DNA of 64,000 nucleotides, taken from NCBI GenBank assembly GCA_036172245.1, contig JAYWIR010000004.1, forward strand, positions 3,782,001-3,846,000, in the 5' to 3' direction. Below are positions 1-10,599 of this stretch, in pieces; positions within the stretch are counted from its first letter, which is position 1, and the number at the start of each line of letters is the position of its first letter. The notes beneath the pieces were generated by a model. It saw only the letters and a list, made by a program, of their open reading frames with translations. It searched no databases and was not told the DNA's origin. A program made the translations under genes and the position numbers. The stretch is from Raillietiella orientalis (Eukaryota).

Positions 1-1938
1 TCTGCGGCTGCCGAGGCTAGGCGTCGCTGCATTCGGCCTCAGGAAGCGCCGGGTGCCTTGGCGGTCGCGGTCGATCTCAGCAAGGCGTTTGACTGCGTGA
101 ACCAGGAACCTCTTCTGGAGCTCCTGGAACGCCTCGGTCTCCCGGTGCACCTCGTGGCCTATTTGCGCGCTTGCTGGCGCCACGCGCTGATCTCCATCTC
201 TTTCAGAGGCTGCCACGTGTACGGCGTGCCGGTGCGGCGGGGCATCAGGCAGGGCGACAGTTTAAGTCCGTTGCTCTTCAGCATCTTCTTTGAGTTGGTG
301 CTGAGGGCGTTCAGACTGACGCTGGCCAGCCTGCCGATCTCTTGTCCAGGTACGCCGTCCGTGGCGGCCTATGCCGATGACCTGCTTCTCCTTTTACCCA
401 TGACCACCCTGGCGTCCAGTCTTGAGGATTTCTTCGAACTGATTCGCTGGGGAGCGGGCATGAGCGTAAACCGGAGCAAGAGCGTGGTCGTTCCTGTTGG
501 TGCGGCGTGGGAGGGGCAGTCCGACTGGATCCGCCTGGGGATCCCGACCGCTACGTCTTTCAAATACTTAGGCGTCCCGCTGGGGAACATCAGCCCAGTG
601 GAAGCATGGTCGGGCTGCCTTCAGAAGGCTACGAGTGTTTTAAGCCCGTTCCACCTTGGCAGGTTCCTCCTGCCGGAGCGGGCCACCGTTTGGAACACCT
701 TCGTTGCCCCCCTCTTATGCCCCGTGTTTTTTGTTTGTCCACCCCTCTACTCGGCCAAACTCCAGGCGCAAAGCATGTTGAGGAACGCTCTGTGGGGACC
801 TGCGAGGTCCAGGATCCGCCTCAAAGACTTGGCGGCTCCGCGTCGGGATGCTGTCTTGGGCATCCTGACGGAGAGAATCGAGCTGCAGGTGCAGCTTCGA
901 ATGTTGGCCCTGTGCGCCAACCTTTGGTCTACTCCGTGGTGTGCTCCCGCGCTCTTGCTCCTGCGGCGCTGCACCGGCAGCGATGGCCTTCTGTCTCTCC
1001 GGTCGCATACGGAGAGCGCCACGAGAAGCTTCGGTTTCCCTTTGAAACCTCTCTACCGGCTCCTGGTAGCCCACGCATGGATCTCCTGCCGCCCAACGAA
1101 CTTCGACGCCTGGCGGCAGGAACCGTTGCATGCCTGGGCAAAGCAACAGAATGTTTCGCTCTTCGAACTCCGTTGCGCCAACCTCTCCCCGTACTGCACG
1201 GTGGATGAGGTGTGCAACAGCCAGGAGAAGTGGACTCGCCTGGCCGTCACGCCCCTCGCCGACGCGCTGTCAGCCCTCAGGGCAAGTGATGACAGCTGCC
1301 TACCGGCGAGGTTAGAGGTCGCCTGCACCATCGCAGGAACAACACGACCCATTGGTGGCAGGAGGACTTGCGAGCTCGCAGACGCCGCCACGCCTCGCCA
1401 CATCCCGAAGGGACTTCTTCGATGGAGTGAACACTTGAGTGTGGCCCCCGAAGAACTTGTGGTCCCTCCCTCCTGTTTGAACACTTCTGTGTTCCCCCTT
1501 TCGTGGAAGCAGGACGTGATCATGCTGGGGCATTGGGGTTTTCACTCCAACCAGCGCACGAACCTTGTTTCCGGGGGAGTTGTCTCCCCGAACTGTAAAC
1601 GGTGCGGGGACGTGGAAACGCTCCCGCACCTGCTCTTGGACTGCGGTGTCCTCCAAGGACTGTGATGGAGGCTGGCTTCAGTTCTCCTGCTTCAGGGGGA
1701 CACCGCGAGGGATTTGATGCGCCTCTTCTTCACGCCAGGCGGTCTGTCCTTAGGTGCTGTCATAGCAACGGTCTGTTGCACCCGCGCCATCGACAAGGCT
1801 TACCGAGAGCTGGAGAAGCTGGCGATTCGTCGTCAGGCCACCGGAATAGCCAGCGAGAACATGACGTCGGTTGCCGAGTGGGCCTATCTTCCTGAGGACG
1901 TTAGGAGCGAGATCACCGGCATCCATAGCCGGTTCTGA
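1..1938 (+). pseudogene. Non-LTR retrotransposon ORF2 C-terminal part (reverse transcriptase + zf-RVT-like CCHC), cut at its 5' end by the window edge, one in-frame TGA at 1663-1665
   Basis: Frame is open from base 1. LINE RT motifs DLSKAFD, RRGIRQGDSLSPLLF, AYADD, GMSVNRSKS and FKYLG are present, then CKRCGDVETLPHLLLDC. The same frame continues past the TGA (L*WRLASVLL...RDLMRLFF...EITGIHSRF*) to 1938. Confidence 0.92.
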
Positions 1939-2155
1939 AGGAAAGGAACGGCCAAACCAAAGTCCCCTGTCCCCTACCCTCCCCATATCTTTATTTCTAT
2001 TTTTTATATGTGTATTTGTGGTCCCCTCCCTCCCGTTCCGGACTTTCGGTTTACCGACCTGCGTGTCGGGGACCCCCCCTTCGTTTCTTCTGTCCTTCGT
2101 CCGGGAACTCTGTTCCTAGATAGTTTAGAAATAAATGCCCCGGCGCACCCGGGTG
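1..2155 (+). mobile_element. Young L1/Tx1-like LINE copy, 3' portion including pyrimidine-rich 3' UTR
   Basis: ORF2 is followed by a T/C-rich UTR, AATAAA at 2130-2135 and terminal TGCCCCGGCGCACCCGGGTG (2136-2155), a motif shared with four other LINE ends in the window. Confidence 0.85.
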
Positions 2156-2159
2156 AGAA

Positions 2160-2700
2160 ACAGCGACTTTCTTGCTCTGACGGTAACCGCCTCCCGGACT
2201 TCGCATCCTAGGGGTCAGGAGGGCCTCTTCCTCGTTGCTGCCTTCTCACCGATCTGGGAAAAATGAAGAACAGGGACCAAAATGTCCATAGGATCCTGCA
2301 TCCCCCTGTGTTTTCTGCTAAATTTCGAAGTCACCCGGCAGAATCAGACGCCGGATTTGCTCTCCAGAGAGCAACGGGGGATCCACCGGCCATCGCTCGC
2401 TTATCTGTACCCTTTGGATCTGTTGCCGGGTGTACCACAGCCCCACCCTAGAGGTGCGGTTTTTGTCTCCACCTGGCCAGGAGACCGCGAACTCCTCTTG
2501 AGAAATACCGGAGAGTGCGCTCTCGGGTCCGGTCACAAGTTCCGATCACCTCTGTACATCCACGTGGACAGCCGAGATGACCTGATCGTGTCTAACGCTT
2601 CGGTGGGACGTTTCAAAACGCATTCTCTTCCAGGTGTCATCCTACTGAAAGATCCACCTCTGTCCAGATCTGCTTGCTGAGTGTACGGAGGGACGAAATA
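2160..2700 (-). mobile_element. Decayed LINE APE-endonuclease fragment
   Basis: Frameshifted minus-strand peptides STWMYRGDRNL (cf. W..GDFN) and GLWYTRQQIQRVQISERW (cf. T...RIDR..S..W). Recognised by eye only. Confidence 0.35.
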
Positions 2701-2711
2701 GAATGGATTGA

Positions 2712-4000
2712 CATCCGGTTGCATCGGAGCATTTATTTATAAAAAGGAAACTCACAAGTCAGTGGCAGGACGCTTGGTTCTGGATGCAGCACGCACGTTA
2801 CATGTATATACAAAAAGGAACCTGCCGAGGAACCGACGCACAGGCCGGCGAGGTTTGCCTCGGCTGCGTGGGGGGAAACAAAAATAAAAATAAAACCAAA
2901 AAAAATATACACAAAAAGTTGGGAGGGTTCACCGGGTGCTGGAAGGCGTCCTCTGCATCCTTGCAAGATGCCAGCAGGTTCCTGTTTCGAGATCCCAGAT
3001 GGGGCCATCCGCTCTATGCTCAAGAAGAGGACGGCAAAATGGATGACATCCCTATCGTTTGGACTCCGTTGATTGCGTTGCTTCATGCAGCTACGATCCT
3101 GCGTAGGCAGAACCGTGCTGCTAGGGATGCAGTCGGCGTGAGGGCGTCGTGCAGGCAGAGGCGCTTCTGAATGTCTCTGGAGTTGCGCCCGGGGTTCCGC
3201 AGGGACGCGGCAAAGCGTTCCCACAGGGAGCGGGGGTTCACCCAATCCATGAGCAGGTGCGGGAGGGACTCTCTTTTTTTGCACCTGCTGCAGTTGGGGA
3301 TTACACTCCCCAGGGTCCACTGGTGTCGGCGGTCATTGAACAGGAGATTCCAGTGCAACAGAAGGATCTCCCTGTCTCTCCCTGTTTTTCTGTTCGTTTG
3401 AAGTCATGGTATCATTTTTGAAAGTTCTTCCTTCACATCCGCATCGATTGGTTGCAGTCTTTGTTGGGCCTCGACCTTCTAGTAGATTCCTTCATTGGGA
3501 GGATGAGGCTGAGCTTTGGTTGGATTCCCATGCCGATTGTGATTCCTTTGGGTCGTTTACCTACGCTCTGCAGGAGGAGAAGGAAACAGATGGTGTTGTG
3601 TTCCTAAGAGCATCTGGAGAAGCAAAGAGATCAGAAGGAGATTAAGGGAAAGGATCCCGAATGTTCTCGAGAAAATTTTTCTCTCTCGAGCGCGAATGAA
3701 TAGGAATTTGTCTCGAATGCCGCGCTTAGGAAGACGGAAGAAACCGGAAAAGATCGAGCTACTCGTGGTTTTGGGCTTCCGCCTCGGTCCCGATGCATTC
3801 CCCAAGAGCTGCTCACCGGCTCCCACTTGAGCAAGATGAGGAAATCGTTTCACGAATGCCATTTGTTTGTTCTTCAAGTGATCCGAGTCGCTTTGAGAAG
3901 CAGACGGGAAGGCGCCTCTAAAGGTTGATTTCTCAAAAGGCTGCTTCAACGTCGTTTCCTCGCAGAGGATGCTGACCGCACCGTGGTTAGAATCGCACAC
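2712..4000 (-). mobile_element. 5'-truncated, decayed LINE 3' fragment (zf-RVT region, 3' UTR, terminal motif)
   Basis: Peptide HWNLLFNDRRHQWTLGSVIPNCSRCKKRESLPHLLMD...PTASLAARFCLRRIVAA aligns with the ORF2 C-terminus at 1531-1665. The reverse complement of 2712-2737 reads AATAAATGCTCCGATGCAACCGGATG. The 5' boundary is uncertain. Confidence 0.8.
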
Positions 4001-4178
4001 TTCTTACTTTGTGTGGAGGCGTTCCTCTGCATCACCCCTACGCGTTTCATGCTCAGATTTGCAGGGTCAAGAAGGAGCAGGAAAACGAAAACGACTGGAA
4101 AAAACAGAATACTTACTCAATCTTCACAATATCTCTTCAGATCAGATCGATTTCTTGAGATTTCCACATCAATGAAAC

Positions 4179-4219
4179 TTCCAGACCCTAACATAGATTA
4201 GGGTCTGGAACATAGATTA
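4179..4219. repeat. Perfect 13-bp inverted repeat with overlapping 11-bp direct repeat
   Basis: TTCCAGACCCTAA-cataga-TTAGGGTCTGGAA (4179-4210). AACATAGATTA occurs at 4190-4200 and 4209-4219. Confidence 0.9.
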
Positions 4220-7200
4220 CTAGTTTTCCTGCTGCTAGTGCTGCTTCTTAAAGCATCTATTATTCTGACGACACGTTTCCACATGACCAAGCTCCTGAAT
4301 GTATCGGTTGGCAGGCTGGAGTCCATTTAACGATGGATGCATTCCTCATATCAGTCAGCGGAATAGAGCAGCTCCAGTTTCCCCGTGTTTGCGTTTTACC
4401 CGAACGTCCGTCGGGCACGCCCATCTCACGAATGCTAAATATATACTTTTAAACACGTATCGAACAGTAATCCTCTTTTCCAAATACCTTGCTCATTTTA
4501 GTTTCTCGATCCCTTATTTTCGCTCGTTCCAGCACTCTGAGGCAGCTAGACCGTGATTGCGTTAAGCACCACCTGTTTCATGACTCATGCAACCAAGCCT
4601 TCTCTGCAGTGCATCTCCTAGAAATCAAGGAGAATCAGCGACGCTGAGGATCCAACAGTAGAAAAGGCGATCACTCGTGCAATCATTCGTGTTTCGTCTT
4701 TCGAAGAAATATGCTCTTCCTCAGGAAGTTGCCGCACTCTGAATGCCGAAATCCTGGCAGCTGAACAGAACACCAGTATAGCGACTGCGGAGGTGCTGTG
4801 CTATGGGATTACTCATATGCCGGTGTTTTATACTCAGAGATCGCTCCTAGTCCATTCTATGGACAACTTTCATCTCTTGCCTTCAAACTTCTGGATTTCC
4901 TCTGTGTTGAATTGTTGGACTGGATGCTGGATGTCTTCTGGTTTTCCTCTCTTCGTTGAGGAGAACTTCATAAGCATGCGTCAGGAAGTGTAATGAAGCA
5001 TCTGCAGACAGCGAAATAAGGGAAGGCCTGGAACTGAATTCCTGAGCCATCAAGGTGATCCTTTGTTTTCTCTAAAGCAATGATCACTTCAAACCAAGAC
5101 CGTTAGGAGGAGTTGCACGGTTATGAAAGCTCATGAGTCATTTGTCCCATTACAGAATACCCTAAAGTCAGTCAGTCTTGTTGAAATCGTGTTGCTGGAT
5201 ATTCAACCTTGAACGTGGTTAGCAAACAACACCCTATAGGGGTGTTGACTGAGCTTTAGCAGAATGGGAGTCTTTGTTTACTGGTGACAACCGAACGAGC
5301 GTTCGAGGGAAAGCAAGCTGAATGCTACCTACCCCCTTCATCAACAGCAACCCTGGATTCCCTATGCGTTGAGATCCTGATTTCGTCTGATTCAAGGAGA
5401 CCCTGTTCTTGCTTGGGCTAGACTCAGGCTTTCGTGAACCTATTCACAGGATATTCTCCCGAGAAATAGTCATCGAGATCGTTTTCGCGCCTCGAAGGTC
5501 GAATGATAACATCGAGGTCCAAGGTTTTGTTCATAGTTGCTCTTATTTTGGAAGCTTGTAACCTGCAGAAAGTTTCACTAGGCATCTTTCTCTGATTACA
5601 ATCATCTTCCAGTTGCTTTCAATCAGAATCACTCGTTCCTCGCAAGATTTGCGACTCTTGAAAAAATGCTGCCATGTTTTTACGAATTGTAAAGAGATTC
5701 TTCCACAAAAGATGACTGTATCAATATGTCCACTGCTTAGCAAGTAAAAATGTCAGATTTCTTCATTTTCATTCATTTCTTCATCCCTTCAACAAAACGG
5801 AATCTTTTCTGGAAGTTGATATCTAGAAATTCGTAATATCAAGCGATCTCATTCGTTCATGCTTTCCAAAGAAGCCAAGAGTATTGCCAATGCAGGAGGG
5901 ATTCCCCGCCACTTTTGCTTCCTGTCTGTTTCTCTCCGTTCTTCCATGTCATCCACTGACCCAGCCTGAATTTCATCCTCGAAATCCATTTGTCTCTCAG
6001 GGAACTGAAGTTCCCTAAATACTTCGTCGTTTTCCGGATTCCATGCTCCTAGAGATCCTACCACGGCTACTCTGATGGCTGCTGGTACTCTTCCGATTTG
6101 TAACTTTGTCGACGAAATGGAGAGCCCATCCTCCGTGCTTGTACTCTTCCTTCCTTGTCTTGTGTTCTCTAGATTTCAAAAGGAGATTCGTGAGGGAAGG
6201 TAATTCCGTTATTATTGCTCTCCTGTTACCCTTCCAGAGCCGGATCCAGCTGCACTTTGAATTTCAATGAAGAATGAAATCGATTGAAGTCCGCTCGACT
6301 CCTGTCGAAGCCATCAATCGGAAACAGCAGCGTCTTGAAGTTCACAGTGCTCAGAAGAAAATAAAAAAAAGGATACTCCTCATTGTAAGTGTTAAAAGAA
6401 AGGGCACGCGTTAATGGTGGCATAATTGTAAACATATCTGTCAAATAAAATTTCTAAAGTAATTTACGAACTGAAATCAAAAACCTTCACATACATACAA
6501 TCAGCATTCACAGAGAAGCCCGCGAAGCCAATAAGAAGGCAGTGGATGCAAATACGAAGTTTAACTCACCTTTTCGCTAACCGAATGCAATAGCAGAGTC
6601 TATTTAGCTGTATCTAAAGAATCACACTGAGTGTAGCCAACCAACCGAGTCTAACGCTGAGTCACATGTGCGGATGCCTTTTCACAGAAAGGGAGACCAG
6701 GGTTCTCATGGCCAACCAGTTCTTCCTTAGCATCAGGCATTTATCCTGCCCCTCAAATTGACATAACCTGAACATTCTGTTCCCGAAATTTTGCGTTTAC
6801 ATAGTCGCTTCCAGTTTTTAGGGGTTAGGTTAGGGAAGGTTACTAATAATACGGGTTGAACTCCCCAATGACCTGGTTTGTCACAACACTTTTTGGCAGT
6901 TTCTTGGCTGCAACATCGGACAGACTTCGAACCAATAGAAGAATTCTACTGGATCTCTACTGTGTAACTTGTGATGATGCTGAGCTTAGTCTATTATCTG
7001 GTGGTGAAAAGCACACGAAAAGCTGATCTTCTAAGGAATCGGTCAATCCTTACGCCAGAGGCAAAACTTCGACTCTAAGGCAGGCTTGATGGAAAAATGA
7101 AGTCTTTGAGATCTTGGTTAGATTAAACCACCCGGTTGGGATATTATTACATCTCAAAGCTAAAAACTATAGACCACTTCACGTTATTCTTCTTTATTCA

Positions 7201-7949
7201 ATTCATCGATAAAGATGTCTTTGGAAAACATACGTAGGTTTTCATTACTATCTAATTTAATGTCATTTGCTGACTCATATTTGGCACATTTACGGTATCC
7301 ATAAATCGCAGTGGAATTTCTCTTATTTATAATCGAGAAGCAATACATATGCATTTCACTATTAAATATGCTCCTGTATCACTCCTGTATATCTACAATG
7401 TGTTGATATTCATTATTATAATTGAGATCTCTCGTGAGGTTGAACTGAATCTAGTATGTATATAATCGCTTACACGAATGAATACGAAGAAAACCATATC
7501 TTCGTATGAAGGGTACACCATTCTATTTTGTTCCGCTACAGTGAGTGAGGAGACGAAAATGCCAAAGGCACGCGCGACAATCAAGGTGGCAAATGAAAGA
7601 TGAATGTCCACATGATGCTTGCAGAAAAACGATCGGCAACACTTGACGGCACATGAATTCAGGCAGCACGGTCGAAGCATTTGAAGATGATTTAGTGAAC
7701 TGAAAAGAAGCAGACACACGTAATGGGTTTGCCTATTGGGTAAGGAGATGACAGAGCATGGAGGCGTCAGGGCCATAGAAAAAAGAAAAAGAAAACAAAT
7801 CCTGACAGTTTCTTTCAGTCAGGTTTTAATGAATAAAACCTGTTCTCTGAATCTTTAAATAATGAGAATGATCTGCCATCGTTGGAGGAGGACTGCACAC
7901 CGAAAACAAAAGAAACTGTCACATTAGCGTAATTTATGTCTCTCTGAAA

Positions 7950-9300
7950 GCGTAGGGGGGTAAAGATAGGTTCATGTAGAGATGACGACACACAAGCCTG
8001 GGAACAGCATGACATCTTGGGCCGGGAACCGGAAGAGGAGCGAAGAAACGGAAGACAAAGAAAGTTATCAGTGCAAGCGATGCTCCGATTTTCGCACGTT
8101 CTTCGGCAGGACTCGAAAGGGTGGAAAATCCAAAAATCATCACAAATCGCGAACAATTTCGAGAACTGTACCAGCACAGGTCCCGACAAAAGATAAAAGC
8201 TACTGCCTTCGATTGCTGGCTGCTGAAAGTTCATTGTGCAATTCTCAACTGCACGTTTTCCACAATCTATCACAATGGGACTACGCGAGCAGAAGCTCTT
8301 GAGACACCAGGCTCATCACGCTCAGTACTGTATGGGCTGATATGTCAAATGCCAAAGATGCAGATTCATTCGAAGCATTCCTTGAGAAGAATGACTGGAT
8401 GCACTCCTTCATTTGCTCATCTAACGCAAGTTTACTCGTTCCTGTGCAAGAAGCATTTCAGATAACTCTGGGTGAAGACCAGCATATCTTTGCTGTTTGA
8501 CCAGCATATATTTTTGTTGATTTTCTTTGAGAGAGAAACAACACACACTTGGCTGAAGTGAGATGACTCCAGCAGAATTCCAGCGGCACATTTTCGACGA
8601 GAGCAGATACACAGACCCTACCCAACGCCATCTTCCCATCAGGAAGCTGGCTCCTGGTTTGAATGGCGAATGTTCCGGTCAAGGCTACCCGGAATCGTGA
8701 GGTGTGCATCAGCAGGCACACCCCTGGTTCTCCGGTTTGCGTCATGCCGGAGGCTGCTCAGTTCCTCTTGATTCTTTTCATTTGTTGCACACAGGAACAA
8801 AGTTGTCCTCACGAACAGGACAAATGCTTTCACAGGCATAGGAGTCGGTAAAGAACATTAAAGAGGCTCAGAAAGTAGTGAATGGACGTCCTGCTTGCTT
8901 GATTGATAATGACAAAATGACGGCGCATTTTTGGGGCGTCACAGCTCTTCCTGCTTTGCCGAACGAGCGAATGAATTTTCCTCCAGCAGTCACGAAGTAG
9001 GGTAAAGAAAGGGGATTGGCAAAGCACCTGTGAGGACATCTGGCACACATCTCACGTTGACACGATTGGTGTGCATCCGAACCGGAGAGCGCCCTTCTCG
9101 GTTCCCCAGTTTGAAAGATGCTTCCAAAGTGCTCGTATCAACTGCAATATCTGCGGATTTCCATACAACCATTGTATGAGAGACGACTGCAGTGAAATCA
9201 AACCATGGGTCCAGCATTCATACTGCTTCGCTCCCAGAAGCAAAGGAAAAGTCTGACACAGGAACACAATACCCACAAAGTTTCAACAGCCAACTCCGAA
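7950..9300 (+). mobile_element. Decayed Mutator/MULE-like transposase with SWIM-like motif
   Basis: Degenerate motifs in the expected order across frames: AILNCTFSTIY (D.T..TN.Y), WADMSNAKDADSFEAFL, VQEAF, RTNAF..ESVKNIK (RT.N..ES...K) and NCNICGFPYNH (SWIM-like G.PC.H). Confidence 0.4.
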
Positions 9301-10080
9301 TTCCCATGCTACTTCCCAGACTCAGAGAAAGAAACTGCGACGCAACACCCTCCTTGCAAGGTCGGAGGTACAATACATCCAAAGACTGAATACTGTGCAG
9401 AGGAAAAAAAAAAAACAAACTTTAGATGTTCTAGTGTTTTCGTTTGAATCCATGGTTGCCCTCAAGATAATCTCGTACCAGACATGGAGACCGAAATGCT
9501 TTTAGGAACACAACATGGAAAAATTGAAGCCGGCATCCTTAACATCCGTACCGACTACCCCAGATTCCGTTTGCTGATATCAGTTGCATAAAGGAATGTA
9601 TGAGATCCTCTGAACGAACATCACAATGTAATTTAACAACTAATCTGCATCTCAAAATCTATCACCACAGCAACCTTGAAATGATTTTCATGACACCGGA
9701 AAGCGGATCTATACAGCGGTTTCTCGATACAAGAACACACGAATAAGAAAATCTACTTTTCGTGTGGAGTTCATATGTGGCGAAGGATGCGAATCAGCAT
9801 CAAATTTCACGCGCGCTCAAAAGTAACTGCAGTGCAATGTGGCTCCCCCTTTTTTTAAAAGAAAAAAAGAAAAAAAAAGGCCCAGTGTTAGATAATAAAC
9901 ACTTTAGTTCCATGAATTTCTTTTATATTCTCCATGTTTTTGTATTTGCTAACTGCGGACCTGATTGGGCGATTCTCGAGCGACAACCTGGAAATCGTTT
10001 AAATCAAAAAAGTCAGCAAGCTCAGCTCTTCGAGAACAAGCAGCAGTAACGAGCTGATGTAATATCCTTGATAGAAGGCT

Positions 10081-10420
10081 CTTACGAAGGTCCCGATTGG
10101 TGACCATGGAGTTTTCGCCGAGAAACAGTTCAAACTTCGGACTCGAACATTTGTACTCGAAAGAGGCGCAGTATCAGTGTTCCGTCAAAGACAGTCATCT
10201 CCATGGCACGTGAATAGGTCAAAGGTGATCGGTGACCAATTGGCAACTCGATGGTTGATCGGATTTTCCTGCGGATCTTGGACAATGCGATTTCCAAACA
10301 ACGCACGTAAATAATCACCTTCTTTGTCTTGATGATGGCTGGATTCTGAAGTTGCTGCAGAAGCGAAAAATTCTCAAAGAAATTCCTCATTTCAGTTTCT
10401 TTGGAAAGCGATTACTCAAG
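10081..10420 (+). pseudogene. Possible decayed SET-domain fragment
   Basis: KVPIGDHGVFAEKQFKLRTRTFVLE (G.GVFA..I....V.E) and CGSWTMRFPNN (GN..RF.NH), then after a stop and frameshift LDDGWILKLLQKRKILKEIPHFSFFG (cf. ...I..GEEL.FDYG). Confidence 0.4.
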
Positions 10421-10599
10421 GATGAAAAACGCGTGTTGATTTTGTGCGCACGCTGCGTACTAACGCAGTTCCTATTCATCTTTCTTTCCTTTTGGCCGCT
10501 TGAATATCATATCTTATACATTGCATGTCATGGTCATTTCAAATCAGGGAAATCGAATGTAAGAATATAAACAATTTCAATTGAATAATTGGCAGAATA

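Noticed and set aside
58..1665. Group II intron, retron or DGR reverse transcriptase
   Set aside because: RGIRQGDSLSP, the C-terminal CCHC finger, the AATAAA-bearing UTR and the 5'-truncated paralogs are non-LTR retrotransposon features.
1663..3085. TGA=Trp alternative genetic code (TGA at Trp-aligned positions 1663 and 3083-3085)
   Set aside because: The long ORF uses TGG for all its other Trp codons. Other TGAs align to Arg (61124) or Ser/Gln (near 23865), and relics also contain TAA/TAG and frameshifts. This is ordinary pseudogene decay.
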